NCBI GenBank assembly: GCA_963796105.1
Contig: CAWCKJ010000003.1
Location: forward strand, 192,001-256,000
DNA length: 64,000 bases
Source: a candidate division FCPU426 bacterium
Lineage (GTDB): Bacteria > Oederibacteriota > Muellerivitia > Muellerivitales > Muellerivitaceae
Direction: 5' to 3'
In this document: in pieces, positions 50,708-61,363 of the stretch
Numbering within the stretch: the first letter of the stretch is position 1
Layout of the letters: each line of letters opens with the position of its first letter
Translations under genes and position numbers: made by a program
The notes under the pieces: model-generated
Seen by the model: the letters and a program-made list of their open reading frames with translations, nothing else
Database searches by the model: none
What the model was told of the DNA's origin: nothing

Positions 50708-51169
50708 ATCCTATTCCTTTAAAAATCGTTAAATCCCAAAATTCGATAACAAGTAATCGGCAAACCGGAAATGCCTTCTAGCCGACCATAAAAAGGTTTT
50801 AATGGCAATAGAGAATTGAGGTAATTGCGACCACTTAAAAGGCAATGTATTCATTAAAATATTTTTCCACGAGGGAATAAACATCTTCCAACTCCATCTA
50901 TAAGGTTAGTAGGGAACAAGGGAATGGGAAGAGCATGGCTAAAGTCGTGATTTGCCGTATTTTTTCAATTAAGTTGTTATGTCCCTGGAACCGCTTTCGA
51001 TGTTTTTAGACTAAAAACTGATGATTTGATATGATTTTACAAGGAAAAATCTTGAGTTTTATGGTATTTTAAGCAAGTTTTACGGGGAAATATTCCCGGG
51101 ATTAAAAGACCCTTTATCGGTATATTACTTAAATGGCCTTTTAAAAAATTCTTTTTGGGGGACGGACCC

Positions 51170-52894
51170 ATGAATTCATTGCGCAATTTTGTGTTGGGAA
51201 TCGCATTAATTGTTGTTGGAGGAACCATTTTCTTTTTCGGGTGTTCCCGAAATATCACTCAGCCTCCCCTCACATCACCCAGTATTACGAATACACCTAC
51301 AAATAGCCCAACACCGACTTACACCAAGACCTACACAAATACAATTACACCAACTATTACATATACACCTAATGGCCCCACGAACACACCAACCATTTCT
51401 CCAACACAAACATACACTTTAACTCCAACCGATACCATTGCTCCAACAAATACTCTGTCCCCAACACCTACCCCGCCTCCCGATCCATTGCTAATCGATG
51501 ATATGGCTGATGGCGATAATCAAGTGGTTCAAGTATCAGGAAGAAGCGGCTATTGGTCTACAACTGCTGATCCGTATGGCTCTACAGTTTCGCCTTCTAC
51601 TTCTGGCGCAAATACGTTTGTTATGTCCGCATCCACTGATAATCTTTACGCTAATTCTAACTATTGCGCTCGAATGACTGGTACAACGGCTCCCTTCAGT
51701 ACCGCGAATTATCCTTATGTGGCAATGGAAGCTAATTTCGTACCTTCTGGCTCCTATAACATCAGCGCAAATGCACCGGCGGGACCAGCTATTACTGGTG
51801 TTCAGTTTGATATGAAAGCCATTATTACTGGTGATCCCAATCATGACGTTATTACGGGAATTAATAATGTGTGCTTTTCACCCGCTGTTCGCTTCATGAT
51901 TGCCGATGGAACAACAACCACGTCATCGGACGCTAATGGAGTAAACCTAACTCCTGCGAACGCTAATTGGAACACTTATACTGTCTATTTCAATCAGATG
52001 ATGACCACTGATATTGCCGTGACCGATGTCCTCCAAACCCATGTATTGGATCAGACAACCGCAATGCAAGTTCAATGGGAAGTGACATTCCCCGCAGCGA
52101 ATTATGATATCTCCGTCGGAAATATCAGATTCATTACGTCAAATCCTCCACCGGCGGCTGTTCCACCTTCTTGGCCCGCGGCCTTGATTGATAACTGCGA
52201 GCAAAATACGAATTTTGCTTTGATCAACAGCGGCCGTGGTGGAGTCTGGTTCAATATGGCTGATAATTCGGGGAATTGTCCTACCAACTCATCCGCTTAT
52301 CAAGATACAATTTGCCCAATTAATGGTGGATTGCCCATGATTATGAGCCCTGGTGGTTCTCCGGCCAGCCCTGGTTATTGCGCGCGTATTACTGGGACCG
52401 GAATGCATAATGCGAGTCCCTATCCTTTCCCAGGAATGGGCGTCCATTTTATGCCAGCAATACCAGATACCTCTGCTGGTTGCCCGCCTGGAGTAGGTTT
52501 TGACCAGCCATACAATATTCAAACGTCACCTGGCGGTTCCTATACTGGTTTCCAGTTTTACGCTAAGGTTGGAGCCGGTAGCCAAACATCTGTGCAGGTG
52601 ATGGGAGCCGATGCCACGACTGATCCTAACTTACAAACCCCTCAGTGCGGTACTAACACTCCTGGATTATGTGACGCTACAGATTGGTGCAATGCCAATC
52701 ACGTCAAAACAATAACGGTAACGACCAGTTGGGTAATCTACCAAGTTCCATTCGCTCAATTAGTTAATCCGAGTTGGTGCACGCATAATTCCCACAATGG
52801 AGGAGCATTTGATCCTACCGAGTCAATAGGTATCCAATGGCAATTGGCGACAGGGAACTACGACTTCTCTGTGGATGATGTCAGCTTCTATTGA
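51170..52894 (+). CDS. Lipoprotein with Thr/Pro linker and two CBM11/CIA30-like jelly-roll domains (paralog 1)
   Basis: Lipobox FFGC, TPT linker, internally duplicated LID..G.W..YCAR.TG..YNI..TG.QF..K..YD.SV..F units; Cys-rich. Confidence 0.75.
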   Translation: MNSLRNFVLGIALIVVGGTIFFFGCSRNITQPPLTSPSITNTPTNSPTPTYTKTYTNTITPTITYTPNGPTNTPTISPTQTYTLTPTDTIAPTNTLSPTPTPPPDPLLIDDMADGDNQVVQVSGRSGYWSTTADPYGSTVSPSTSGANTFVMSASTDNLYANSNYCARMTGTTAPFSTANYPYVAMEANFVPSGSYNISANAPAGPAITGVQFDMKAIITGDPNHDVITGINNVCFSPAVRFMIADGTTTTSSDANGVNLTPANANWNTYTVYFNQMMTTDIAVTDVLQTHVLDQTTAMQVQWEVTFPAANYDISVGNIRFITSNPPPAAVPPSWPAALIDNCEQNTNFALINSGRGGVWFNMADNSGNCPTNSSAYQDTICPINGGLPMIMSPGGSPASPGYCARITGTGMHNASPYPFPGMGVHFMPAIPDTSAGCPPGVGFDQPYNIQTSPGGSYTGFQFYAKVGAGSQTSVQVMGADATTDPNLQTPQCGTNTPGLCDATDWCNANHVKTITVTTSWVIYQVPFAQLVNPSWCTHNSHNGGAFDPTESIGIQWQLATGNYDFSVDDVSFY

Positions 52895-52917
52895 TATTTA
52901 ATTTAACTTTTGTTTTT

Positions 52918-52950
52918 AAAAAAAGCTCGGCTGAATAGTCGGGCTTTTTT
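52918..52950 (+). terminator. Rho-independent terminator
   Basis: AAAAGCTCGGCT / AGTCGGGCTTTT stem with T tail. Confidence 0.75.
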
Positions 52951-53166
52951 ATTTTCAGGCTTAAATCCATTTAACGTTAACCCAATAGGTTCATAAATTT
53001 ATTTAATTGCCGTCAATGACGAATATTTGAATGTAACGATGCGTGTTTTTATTATTTATTTCAAAAGATACGCTTAAAATCTTTTTATTTTGATGTATAA
53101 TTTTTTTATCTTTAAAACACCTTTTATTGAACTGAAAGGTGAAAATTTAACCTCTCGGGGGATGTC

Positions 53167-54780
53167 ATGGGTTCATTGCGAAGCTGGCTAGTCGGAATCG
53201 TATTTGCTTTTTCGGCCATTTCAATAGTCATGTTCGGTTGTTCCCGACAGCTAGCGACCCCGGTGGGAGCTCCCAAACCCACACCTCTCCCCACTCGAAC
53301 CGGAACGCCAACTAATACGGGAACCCCGACTAAAACCCCAACCATCACCAACACTCCAACTCCAACCATAACACCCACTCCACCACCAACCCTTGTGGCG
53401 ACACCTGCAAATACTCTTGTCATTTCCGATATGGAGTGTGATTGCCCCTCCCTCTACACGCAAAACGGGATCAATGGTTTCTTTTTCACGACTACAGACC
53501 TAATTGGGACTTCGATTTCTCCAGTGGTGGGATCTTATTTTCTGCCCTCGAACCCAGGATACAATTCAAATTATTGCGCCAGGATAACTGGAACCGTTTC
53601 AATGCCCACGACCGCCATCACCCCGGGAGCTACTGCTTGTACCATCATTTCTTATCCATTCGCGAGCCTTGAGGCCAATTTTGTGACAAACGGGACTTAC
53701 AATATCTCATCAAGTATTTCCGGGGCAACTGGGATACGGTTTGACCTGAAGGCGGCCATTACCGGGTCATGCATTCCTCCGCCAATTCGTTTCATGATTA
53801 CCGACTCCGTCACCAGCGTTACTCAAGACGCCAATGGTTATATGATCATCCCTTCCACAGGTTGGACAGGGTCTTGGAACCCAGTCACCGTATATTTTGA
53901 CCAAATGATGACGGAGGGCCGGGTCACTCCCATGAGCCACGCGCTGGACCTGACGACCGCCACCCAGATGCAATGGCAAATAACTTATCCCGGCGCAGGT
54001 TATGACATATCCGTGGACAACGTCAGTTTCGTAACATCCGCAGATCCAAATCCAGCGTCAGTTCCCCCAAGTTTTCCAGCTTCATTGATTGATAATTGCC
54101 AATTAGGCATCAATTTCTGCCCCAATATAATGGGGCCCAATGATTCCAGAAGCAGGGGAGGGCCTTGGTTCGTTTACGCCAATAATCCCGCCAATAGCTC
54201 GAACGGAAGCGATATTATCTGCCCCGCTAATGGTGGATTTCCGTTCCTTATGAGTCCTGTAAACGATCTTCCTGGAGCGACTTATGCGGCACGGATGACG
54301 GGTATTATGGGGGCGAACGGATACCCTGGTATGGGTGTCCATTTCCTTCCGGCGGATTCATGTGGTTATGACCAACCCTACAATATTCAGGCCTCCCAGA
54401 CCAGCGGCCCTTATACAGGAATCCAGTTTTACGCCAAGGTTGGTTCAGACGGCCAAGACAGTACGGTGCAAGTTGTGATACCAGACTCGACAACAGATCC
54501 AAACATTCGAAACCCCATTTGCAATAGTTCATATTGTAATGGAAACAAATCAGACCTCGTTGATTTGGCAGCTTCTTTCAATCCCTGGGGTGAATTCTAT
54601 GACACTTGGATGTTGATACAATGCCCATTTACGAGTTTTACTCCGCCTAGTTGGGCCAATTCAAATCCAGTGAAGACACTTCAGACTAATGAGGCTATCG
54701 GAGTACAATTTCAGGTTAACTCCAACAGCACTGCTAATGGCTATTTTGATATTTGGATCGATACACTTAGTTTCTATTAA
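53167..54780 (+). CDS. Lipoprotein with Thr/Pro linker and two CBM11/CIA30-like domains (paralog 2)
   Basis: Lipobox MFGC; shared blocks with paralog 1 (SNYCAR.TG, EANFV, PGMGVHF.PA, DQPYNIQ, QFYAKVG, DSTTDPN). Confidence 0.75.
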   Translation: MGSLRSWLVGIVFAFSAISIVMFGCSRQLATPVGAPKPTPLPTRTGTPTNTGTPTKTPTITNTPTPTITPTPPPTLVATPANTLVISDMECDCPSLYTQNGINGFFFTTTDLIGTSISPVVGSYFLPSNPGYNSNYCARITGTVSMPTTAITPGATACTIISYPFASLEANFVTNGTYNISSSISGATGIRFDLKAAITGSCIPPPIRFMITDSVTSVTQDANGYMIIPSTGWTGSWNPVTVYFDQMMTEGRVTPMSHALDLTTATQMQWQITYPGAGYDISVDNVSFVTSADPNPASVPPSFPASLIDNCQLGINFCPNIMGPNDSRSRGGPWFVYANNPANSSNGSDIICPANGGFPFLMSPVNDLPGATYAARMTGIMGANGYPGMGVHFLPADSCGYDQPYNIQASQTSGPYTGIQFYAKVGSDGQDSTVQVVIPDSTTDPNIRNPICNSSYCNGNKSDLVDLAASFNPWGEFYDTWMLIQCPFTSFTPPSWANSNPVKTLQTNEAIGVQFQVNSNSTANGYFDIWIDTLSFY

Positions 54781-54805
54781 AAGCTGTTTGTTGTTTAATT
54801 TTCGC

Positions 54806-54835
54806 AAAGCCCGGCCGAGGCCGGGCTTTTTTTTT
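54806..54835 (+). terminator. Rho-independent terminator
   Basis: AAAGCCCGGCC / GGCCGGGCTTT stem followed by a T-run. Confidence 0.85.
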
Positions 54836-54874
54836 ACGCCTTGAAAACACTTCAGGAAACACAAACAATACACC

Positions 54875-56863
54875 ATGCCCTTTGAACTCACCTCTACCTT
54901 TAAACCAACAGGGGATCAGCCCCAAGCCATAGAAAAACTTTCCAGTAATCTTAAGGATGGTATAAAGCATCAGACATTGTTGGGGGTGACGGGTTCCGGC
55001 AAAACCTTCACAATGGCCCAGGTCATCCAGGAAGTCCAACGGCCCGCTCTTATTATCTCCCACAATAAAACTCTTGCCGCACAGCTCTATGGGGAATTCA
55101 AGGAGTTCTTCCCTAAAAACTCCGTGGCCTATTTCGTCAGTTATTACGATTATTACCAGCCGGAAGCCTACATACCGCACACGGACACATTCATTGAGAA
55201 GGACGCGGCGATCAACGTCGAATTGGACCGTCTCCGCCTCGAAGCGACGGCCATGCTCCAGGAACGGCGGGATGTCATCATCGTGGCCTCGGTTTCCTGC
55301 ATTTATGGCTTGGGTTCCCCGGAACATTACAAGGAAATGAGGGTGGTGGTCCGGCCAGGGCTTGTCACCCCCCGCGACAAATTCCTCAAGGAACTTGTGG
55401 AAATCCAGTACACCCGGAATGACATCGATTTCAGCCGTGGGAAATTCCGGGTAAAGGGGGACGTTGTTGAGATTTATCCCGCCTATGACGAAAACCCCTT
55501 TCGAATCGAGTTTTTCGGGGATGAAATCGAGAGAATTTCCGAGTTGGACCCTGTCACCGGAAAGGTTTTGAACCGCAGAACGGTTCTTCCCATTTACCCG
55601 GCGAAACATTATGTCATGCCTGAAAAAGTCCTTCATGGGGCAATCGACGCCATCCGCGAAGAACTTCGCGGGCGTTTGACCGAGTTAAAAAACCAAAACA
55701 AGCTTGTTGAGGCGCAAAGGCTGGAACAACGAACGATGTTCGACCTTGAGATGATCGAGGAAGTGGGCTATTGCCAGGGAATCGAGAATTACAGCAGGCA
55801 TTTTGAGGGGAGGAAACCGGGCGAATCCCCTTACACCCTTTTGGATTATTTCCCGGATGATTTTATTACTTTTATAGATGAATCCCATGTCACTCTTCCT
55901 CAACTTCATGGCATGTTCAATGGCGACCACTCACGTAAGAAAAACCTTGTAGATTTTGGTTTCCGGCTGGGTTGCGCCTTTGACAACAGGCCCCTTCGCT
56001 TTGAGGAATTCAAGGAAAAGATCGGCCAAGTCATTTACGTTTCGGCGACACCCGCGAAGGAGGAATTGGGCTTCAGTAATGGAAAAGTGGTGGAACAGAT
56101 TATCCGGCCCACAGGCCTCATGGACCCTGAAATCGAGGTGAGGCCCGCATCAACCCAAGTGGATGACCTGGTGGGAGAAATCCGCGGCAAGGTAAAAGCC
56201 AAACAAAGGGTTTTGGTCACGACCTTGACCAAGAAAATGGCGGAGGACTTATCGAATTATCTCAAACAATTGAATATTCAAGTGGCCTACCTGCACTCCG
56301 ACATAGACACACTCGACCGGATCAGGATCATCCGGGACCTGAGGATGGGGGTGTACGACGTTTTGGTGGGGGTAAACCTGCTCCGCGAGGGATTGGACCT
56401 TCCGGAAGTGGGTTTAGTCGCCATTTTGGATGCTGATAAGGAGGGGTTTTTAAGGTCCGAAGTGTCCCTTCTCCAAACTTCCGGCCGAGCCGCGCGCAAC
56501 GTGGATGGGAGGGTTCTTTTTTACGCTGATAAAGAAACGGGCTCTATTCGTCGAACGTTGGATGAAACTAAAAGGCGGCGTGCCCTCCAAGGCGATTACA
56601 ACAAGGAACACGGAATCACGCCGACAACCATCAAAAAACAAATCCGGGAGATTTTGGCGACTGTTTACGAGGCGGATTATTACACCATCCCCGTGGCCGC
56701 TGAAAGCGGGGAAGATTACGTGGTGCCGGAGACCCTGCCGGCAAAAATAGTCGCCCTGGAAAAGGAAATGCTGGAGCAAGCTAAAAAATACGAGTATGAG
56801 AAAGCCGCGGAACTTCGGGACCAAATCCGCCATTTGCGCGAAAGAATCAGAAAACCAGGTTAA
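54875..56863 (+). CDS. uvrB: Excinuclease ABC subunit B
   Basis: [46 protein letters not shown]-terminal UVR domain. Confidence 0.97.
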   Translation: MPFELTSTFKPTGDQPQAIEKLSSNLKDGIKHQTLLGVTGSGKTFTMAQVIQEVQRPALIISHNKTLAAQLYGEFKEFFPKNSVAYFVSYYDYYQPEAYIPHTDTFIEKDAAINVELDRLRLEATAMLQERRDVIIVASVSCIYGLGSPEHYKEMRVVVRPGLVTPRDKFLKELVEIQYTRNDIDFSRGKFRVKGDVVEIYPAYDENPFRIEFFGDEIERISELDPVTGKVLNRRTVLPIYPAKHYVMPEKVLHGAIDAIREELRGRLTELKNQNKLVEAQRLEQRTMFDLEMIEEVGYCQGIENYSRHFEGRKPGESPYTLLDYFPDDFITFIDESHVTLPQLHGMFNGDHSRKKNLVDFGFRLGCAFDNRPLRFEEFKEKIGQVIYVSATPAKEELGFSNGKVVEQIIRPTGLMDPEIEVRPASTQVDDLVGEIRGKVKAKQRVLVTTLTKKMAEDLSNYLKQLNIQVAYLHSDIDTLDRIRIIRDLRMGVYDVLVGVNLLREGLDLPEVGLVAILDADKEGFLRSEVSLLQTSGRAARNVDGRVLFYADKETGSIRRTLDETKRRRALQGDYNKEHGITPTTIKKQIREILATVYEADYYTIPVAAESGEDYVVPETLPAKIVALEKEMLEQAKKYEYEKAAELRDQIRHLRERIRKPG

Positions 56864-56886
56864 AATATCCAGAATAATTTATAAAC

Positions 56887-57150
56887 TACTCAACTTTGGC
56901 AAATCGAAGGTTGCATCCCGTTTTCCCTCTAAAAAAGGGGTATTTCAGTTTGTGGGTACCATAGGGGTTTTCCCTATGAGCGCCTTTAGAATAAGGGGGA
57001 GCCCTTCGAGAACCTCAGGGCCCTGAGCGACGTCGAAGGGTTAGGTTTTCCGTATCGTTCTGAAAAAGACTAATACCCCCCTAACCCCCTTTTTCAAAGG
57101 GGGGGATTCTTATTAGCGCCATTCTTTTCGATATTTGTCAAAGTTGAGTA
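56887..57150. repeat. MITE-like element with 18-bp inverted ends enclosing REP-like palindromes
   Basis: TACTCAACTTTGGCAAAT vs ATTTGTCAAAGTTGAGTA (17/18); internal CCCTTCGA..CTCAGGGCCCTGAG..TCGAAGGG (57002-57040) and CCCCCTTT..AAAGGGGG. Confidence 0.65.
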
Positions 57151-57213
57151 AACTAAACTTTATTCCCAGACTGATATTCGCAAATTATTCAACCTCGAGA
57201 ACCGGGAGCTATT

Positions 57214-59136
57214 TTGAGATTAACCGCGGCGCTTTTCCTTTTTTCTTTCGCTTTTTTCCTTGTTCACGTAGTGCCAACGGTTTACTACGGTGATTGCGGG
57301 GTTTTACTGACCGCGATCGAAACAGGGGGAGTGCCTCATCCTAATGGTTTTCCGGCCTATATGCTTGCGGGAACCTTGATCTCGATTTTTGAAAAGAACG
57401 CCTTCTGGATCAACTGCTTATCCGCGCTGGCATCAGCCCTGGCCGTGGTTCTGATCTTCCACTTTACCGCGAAGATCCAAAAATCGAATGAAAGCGTAAT
57501 AACAGGCGGAGGGGTTCCATTAGCCGCGGTATTTGTCTTTTTGTCTTCCTCGACCCTCATGCTTCATAGTTTGGTCGCCAGGGTTTACACATTGAATTTG
57601 GCCCTCGTATTGGCATTTTTCGTTTGGGGAATCCGGAAGCCATTAAACCGGAATTGGGCGGTTGGATTGGGTTTTTTTCTGGGTTTAGCCGCGTCAACGC
57701 ATTCCCTTTTTTTAGGGGGAATAGCCTTTATTAGTTATTTGCATTGGGATAAACGAAGAGAAATCCTTTCATTAAGTCCATGGGTAATATCCGGGCTGTT
57801 ATTTTCCATGAGTCTTTACCTTTGGATTCCCTTGCGAGCCAAGCAACAACCACCAGTCAATTGGCTTCCAGTAAATGATTTTAAGGATTTTTGGGATTAC
57901 ATAACCCTGGCTCATTACCGGTTCAAATTTATTGACCGGGATTGGCTTGGAACTGGGTTGTTTATCAAGACATTAGCCATGAATTTTTGGAGGGAATGGC
58001 CATTTCCCATTTGGATTCTAGCCATATTGGGAGCGGGTAATTTAAGGAAAAATCAATCCCGGGTTTTTGGGGCGTTGGTCTGTTGGATTTTGTTCGTATT
58101 GTTGATGATGTTCAACTATGGGTATGAAGTGGATTTGCATATTTCCTACCGGTATCTGCTTCCGGTTTACGCCGCATCCGCCATTTTCTCGGCATTTGGC
58201 TTGGAAAAACTATTCAGATTTTTTTCACCCAATCAAACTGAAATAAAACGTCCTTTACCTATCTGGTTATCAGTTCTTTTGGTAATAGGACTTCTTTTTC
58301 CTGTACAGCGTTGGAATGCCATGGCTCTAGCCATTTCCTGCTATGACTACGCGCTTAATTTCCTGAAGCCGCTCCCAAAAGACGCGACGGTGGAAGTAAT
58401 TGGGGATGATCAAATATTCCCCCTTGCCTATGCGGTCATTGACCGCAATTTGCGGAAGGATTTGAACATCGTGGATTGGTCCGGACGGGATTTATTCCCC
58501 TACGGGTTGGATAATCTGGCAAAAGTCCCAGGATTGGATAGAAACAAGCTCGAACAGGATTGGCTAATCAAATCGGGCCAATTGTTCCTGCCCACCGAGA
58601 GGAACGTGCCGGATTCTTTCCTTCTACAACCGTATGGAATGGTTTACAGGATCTCGAGTAAGGAAAATGATATTTCTAAATTATTGTCCCCTGATCCGAT
58701 TGCCATGTTCCGTTCAAGACATTATGGGGTTGAAAACTCGGACATTGAATCCGAGGAAATTCTCGCTGAATTACCTCTACAGGAAGCAAATTACTATTGG
58801 AATCAAGGCGAAAGATCCAAAGCGTTGTATTCAGCGGAAGAAGCCTATGGGTATGGGAAGGAGTCAATACATACTCTCCTGGGCCTTTCAACCCTATATG
58901 GGAAAATGGATGAAAATGATAAATCAATGGGTGTCCTTCAAAAGGCCCTTGCGTTACAACCTCATTTGGATACGGCATTGGAGAATGTGGGAATTCTGTA
59001 CGGTAAAATGGGAAATTACCCTAAAGCTTTGGACTTTTTAACCAGGGCATTAAAATGCAATCCCAACAACCCAAGTACGCAATTCTATTACCGGCGTGTC
59101 CAGTCGCTTCTATCTGGCAATAAAACAAGTCAGTGA
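57214..59136 (+). CDS. DUF2723 (TMEM260-like) membrane protein with C-terminal TPR
   Basis: PTVYYGDCG, GVPHPNGFPAY, ARVYTLN, LYLWIPLRA..PPVNW, GDDQIFPL, C-terminal TPRs. Confidence 0.82.
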   Translation: MRLTAALFLFSFAFFLVHVVPTVYYGDCGVLLTAIETGGVPHPNGFPAYMLAGTLISIFEKNAFWINCLSALASALAVVLIFHFTAKIQKSNESVITGGGVPLAAVFVFLSSSTLMLHSLVARVYTLNLALVLAFFVWGIRKPLNRNWAVGLGFFLGLAASTHSLFLGGIAFISYLHWDKRREILSLSPWVISGLLFSMSLYLWIPLRAKQQPPVNWLPVNDFKDFWDYITLAHYRFKFIDRDWLGTGLFIKTLAMNFWREWPFPIWILAILGAGNLRKNQSRVFGALVCWILFVLLMMFNYGYEVDLHISYRYLLPVYAASAIFSAFGLEKLFRFFSPNQTEIKRPLPIWLSVLLVIGLLFPVQRWNAMALAISCYDYALNFLKPLPKDATVEVIGDDQIFPLAYAVIDRNLRKDLNIVDWSGRDLFPYGLDNLAKVPGLDRNKLEQDWLIKSGQLFLPTERNVPDSFLLQPYGMVYRISSKENDISKLLSPDPIAMFRSRHYGVENSDIESEEILAELPLQEANYYWNQGERSKALYSAEEAYGYGKESIHTLLGLSTLYGKMDENDKSMGVLQKALALQPHLDTALENVGILYGKMGNYPKALDFLTRALKCNPNNPSTQFYYRRVQSLLSGNKTSQ

Positions 59137-59152
59137 ACATTAATAATCATTT

Positions 59153-59293
59153 AGGGCACCTCTGAAAATTGCTGTTCTTCTTCTCCCTGGAGGGGAGAAG
59201 GATGGGATGAGGGTGAAATGTCTTGAGTAAATACCCCTCACCCTACCCTCTCCCGCAAGGGGCGAGGGTTTAAATGAATATTTAGAGATCCCT
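59153..59293. repeat. REP doublet (inverted CCCCTCACCCTACCCTCTCCC-type repeats) within imperfect outer inverted repeats
   Basis: 59183-59215 and 59234-59268 are inverted REP-like copies; outer AGGGCACCTCTGAAAATT / AATATTTAGAGATCCCT. Confidence 0.65.
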
Positions 59294-59366
59294 TTTATTT
59301 TGGTTTTCAAACGTTATTTGACGTGAAATTCTAATGACTCGTGTGATTTAGAAAGGTTGATAAGAA

Positions 59367-61178
59367 TTGACTTCAGAGAATAACGAAAATAATTCCATGG
59401 AAATGTTGAAAAAAAAAGCAGGATTATTTCCTGAAAAACCAGGTGTTTACCTTTTCAAAAACACCTTTGGAATAGTTCTATATGTGGGAAAGGCTATTTC
59501 CTTAAAGAAAAGGGTCGCCTCTTACTTCAACGCCAAAGGCCAACAAAGCCCCAAGGTCCGCGCCATGATGGCCCAAGTCATGGATGTGGAATACGTCTTG
59601 ACAGCGGATGAGAACCAGGCCTTGCTCCTGGAAAGCAATTTAATCAAGAAACATAAGCCCCGATACAACGTTTTGCTTCGCGATGACAAAAGTTACCCTT
59701 ACCTAAAATTGACGGTTCAAGAGGACTTTCCGAGAATATTCATGACCCGAAAACCCACTGATGACGGCTCCAAGTATTACGGACCCTACCCTAACTTGAA
59801 GATTCGCGAGACCCTCAAAGTCATATACCGCTTTTTCAATCTCCGGGATTGCGACATTGAAATCACAGGTAAAGCTGACCGCGCCTGCATGAGCTATCAA
59901 ATCAAACAATGCCCAGGTCCCTGCATTGGGGCTGTTGATAAGGTGCAATACCATAAATTAGTCGAGAAAGCGGCGTGGTTCCTGGAGGGTCGAAACGAGG
60001 ACCTTTTAAGTTTCGTTCAATCGGAAATGAATGCCGCTTCCGATCGGAGGGAATACGAGGAGGCGGCCAAATACAGGGATCTTTTGACAACCCTAAGGCA
60101 GATGGAAAGCGGTTATACCGTCATTACCAATGAAAAGCGGGATCTGGACGTATTCGCTCTTGCCCAAGGGATGGGGAAAGTTTTCGCGTCATTGTTGCGA
60201 GTCCGCCAGGGGAAAACCATCGATCACGTGAGACTGGTGCTGGAAAATGAGCTGGAACAGCCTTTGGAGGATGTTTTTTCTATACTCCTGCGTCAATTTT
60301 ACACTTCGGGTATTTTCGTACCGGACGAAATACTTTGTCCGATTAAATTGACTGATTCCCCCCAGGCGGAAAGCTGGCTTACTAATAAAAAAAATAGCGC
60401 TGTCATTATTTCTTCCCCGATGGAAAATTGGCACAAAGACTTGATGGATATTTCGGAAAAAAACGTTCTGGAAGCCTTGAAGGAGGATTTGAACCGTATC
60501 GAAGTGTTGAAAGATTTGAAAATACTTCTCGGCTTGAATTCGGTTCCCAGGAACATTGCTTGTTTTGACATTTCCAATCTTCAGGGCTCTTTCACTGTCG
60601 GTTCCGCTGTTTATTTCCGGGATGGAGTACCGGAAAAATCCCGCTATAGGAAATTCAAGATCAAGGAATTGAAAGGGCAGGATGACTATTTGGCTCACCA
60701 AGAAATGATGAGCCGTTATATCAGACTCATTGAAAAAGAGGGAAATCCCATTCCTGATCTTTTCCTGATAGATGGGGGGAAGGGCCAACTCGGGGCGGTG
60801 GAATCGATCCTTCGGGAAAAACTATCCATTGATTATGGCTTGGCTTCGCTAGCGAAGAGGGAAGAAGAGGTTTTTGTCCCAGGCTTCGATAAACCCGTCG
60901 ATTTCCGCGGGCATCTCAAGGCCAGGTATTTATTACAAAGGATAAGGGACGAATCGCACCGATTCGCGGTGGGTTATCACAGGATATTGAGAGACCGCCA
61001 AATGATCCACTCAGCCCTTAAAAATATAAAAGGAATGGGGCCCAGGCGAACCAAAGCTCTTTTCATGCGTTTTGATAATATTCAGGAAATGGAAAAAGCG
61101 ACCTTGGAAGAATTGGAGGCTGTCCAAGGAATTTCTTCAGACCTCGCAGATAAGCTTTTTAAGGCTTTTCATTCTTGA
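59367..61178 (+). CDS. uvrC: Excinuclease ABC subunit C
   Basis: PEKPGVY..YVGKA (GIY-YIG), RDDKSYPY, CFDISN, IDGGKGQL, RDESHRFA, C-terminal HhH. Confidence 0.96.
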   Translation: MTSENNENNSMEMLKKKAGLFPEKPGVYLFKNTFGIVLYVGKAISLKKRVASYFNAKGQQSPKVRAMMAQVMDVEYVLTADENQALLLESNLIKKHKPRYNVLLRDDKSYPYLKLTVQEDFPRIFMTRKPTDDGSKYYGPYPNLKIRETLKVIYRFFNLRDCDIEITGKADRACMSYQIKQCPGPCIGAVDKVQYHKLVEKAAWFLEGRNEDLLSFVQSEMNAASDRREYEEAAKYRDLLTTLRQMESGYTVITNEKRDLDVFALAQGMGKVFASLLRVRQGKTIDHVRLVLENELEQPLEDVFSILLRQFYTSGIFVPDEILCPIKLTDSPQAESWLTNKKNSAVIISSPMENWHKDLMDISEKNVLEALKEDLNRIEVLKDLKILLGLNSVPRNIACFDISNLQGSFTVGSAVYFRDGVPEKSRYRKFKIKELKGQDDYLAHQEMMSRYIRLIEKEGNPIPDLFLIDGGKGQLGAVESILREKLSIDYGLASLAKREEEVFVPGFDKPVDFRGHLKARYLLQRIRDESHRFAVGYHRILRDRQMIHSALKNIKGMGPRRTKALFMRFDNIQEMEKATLEELEAVQGISSDLADKLFKAFHS

Positions 61179-61363
61179 GCTTTTTATAGTCCGAATATAC
61201 CAAAACACCTTTAAAAGCTCTTAAACACCCTCAAATATTCAGAAAATATAACAATTAGAAAACATATATTTTTAAAAGTTCTTATTTAACCACTGCGTCA
61301 GTAAAATGACATCCAAAGCGAATCACTCATGTTTTCACCTATACCAGGAGCCAAGATAACTGA

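Noticed and set aside
51280..51480. ACACC-rich DNA repeats in the lipoprotein and Fn3 genes
   Set aside because: Explained by Thr/Pro codons in protein linkers; synonymous positions vary.
54767..55636. 289-aa minus-strand ORF and similar antisense ORFs over lpxD, lpxA, lptF, gap and uvrC
   Set aside because: Shadow ORFs opposite well-conserved genes.
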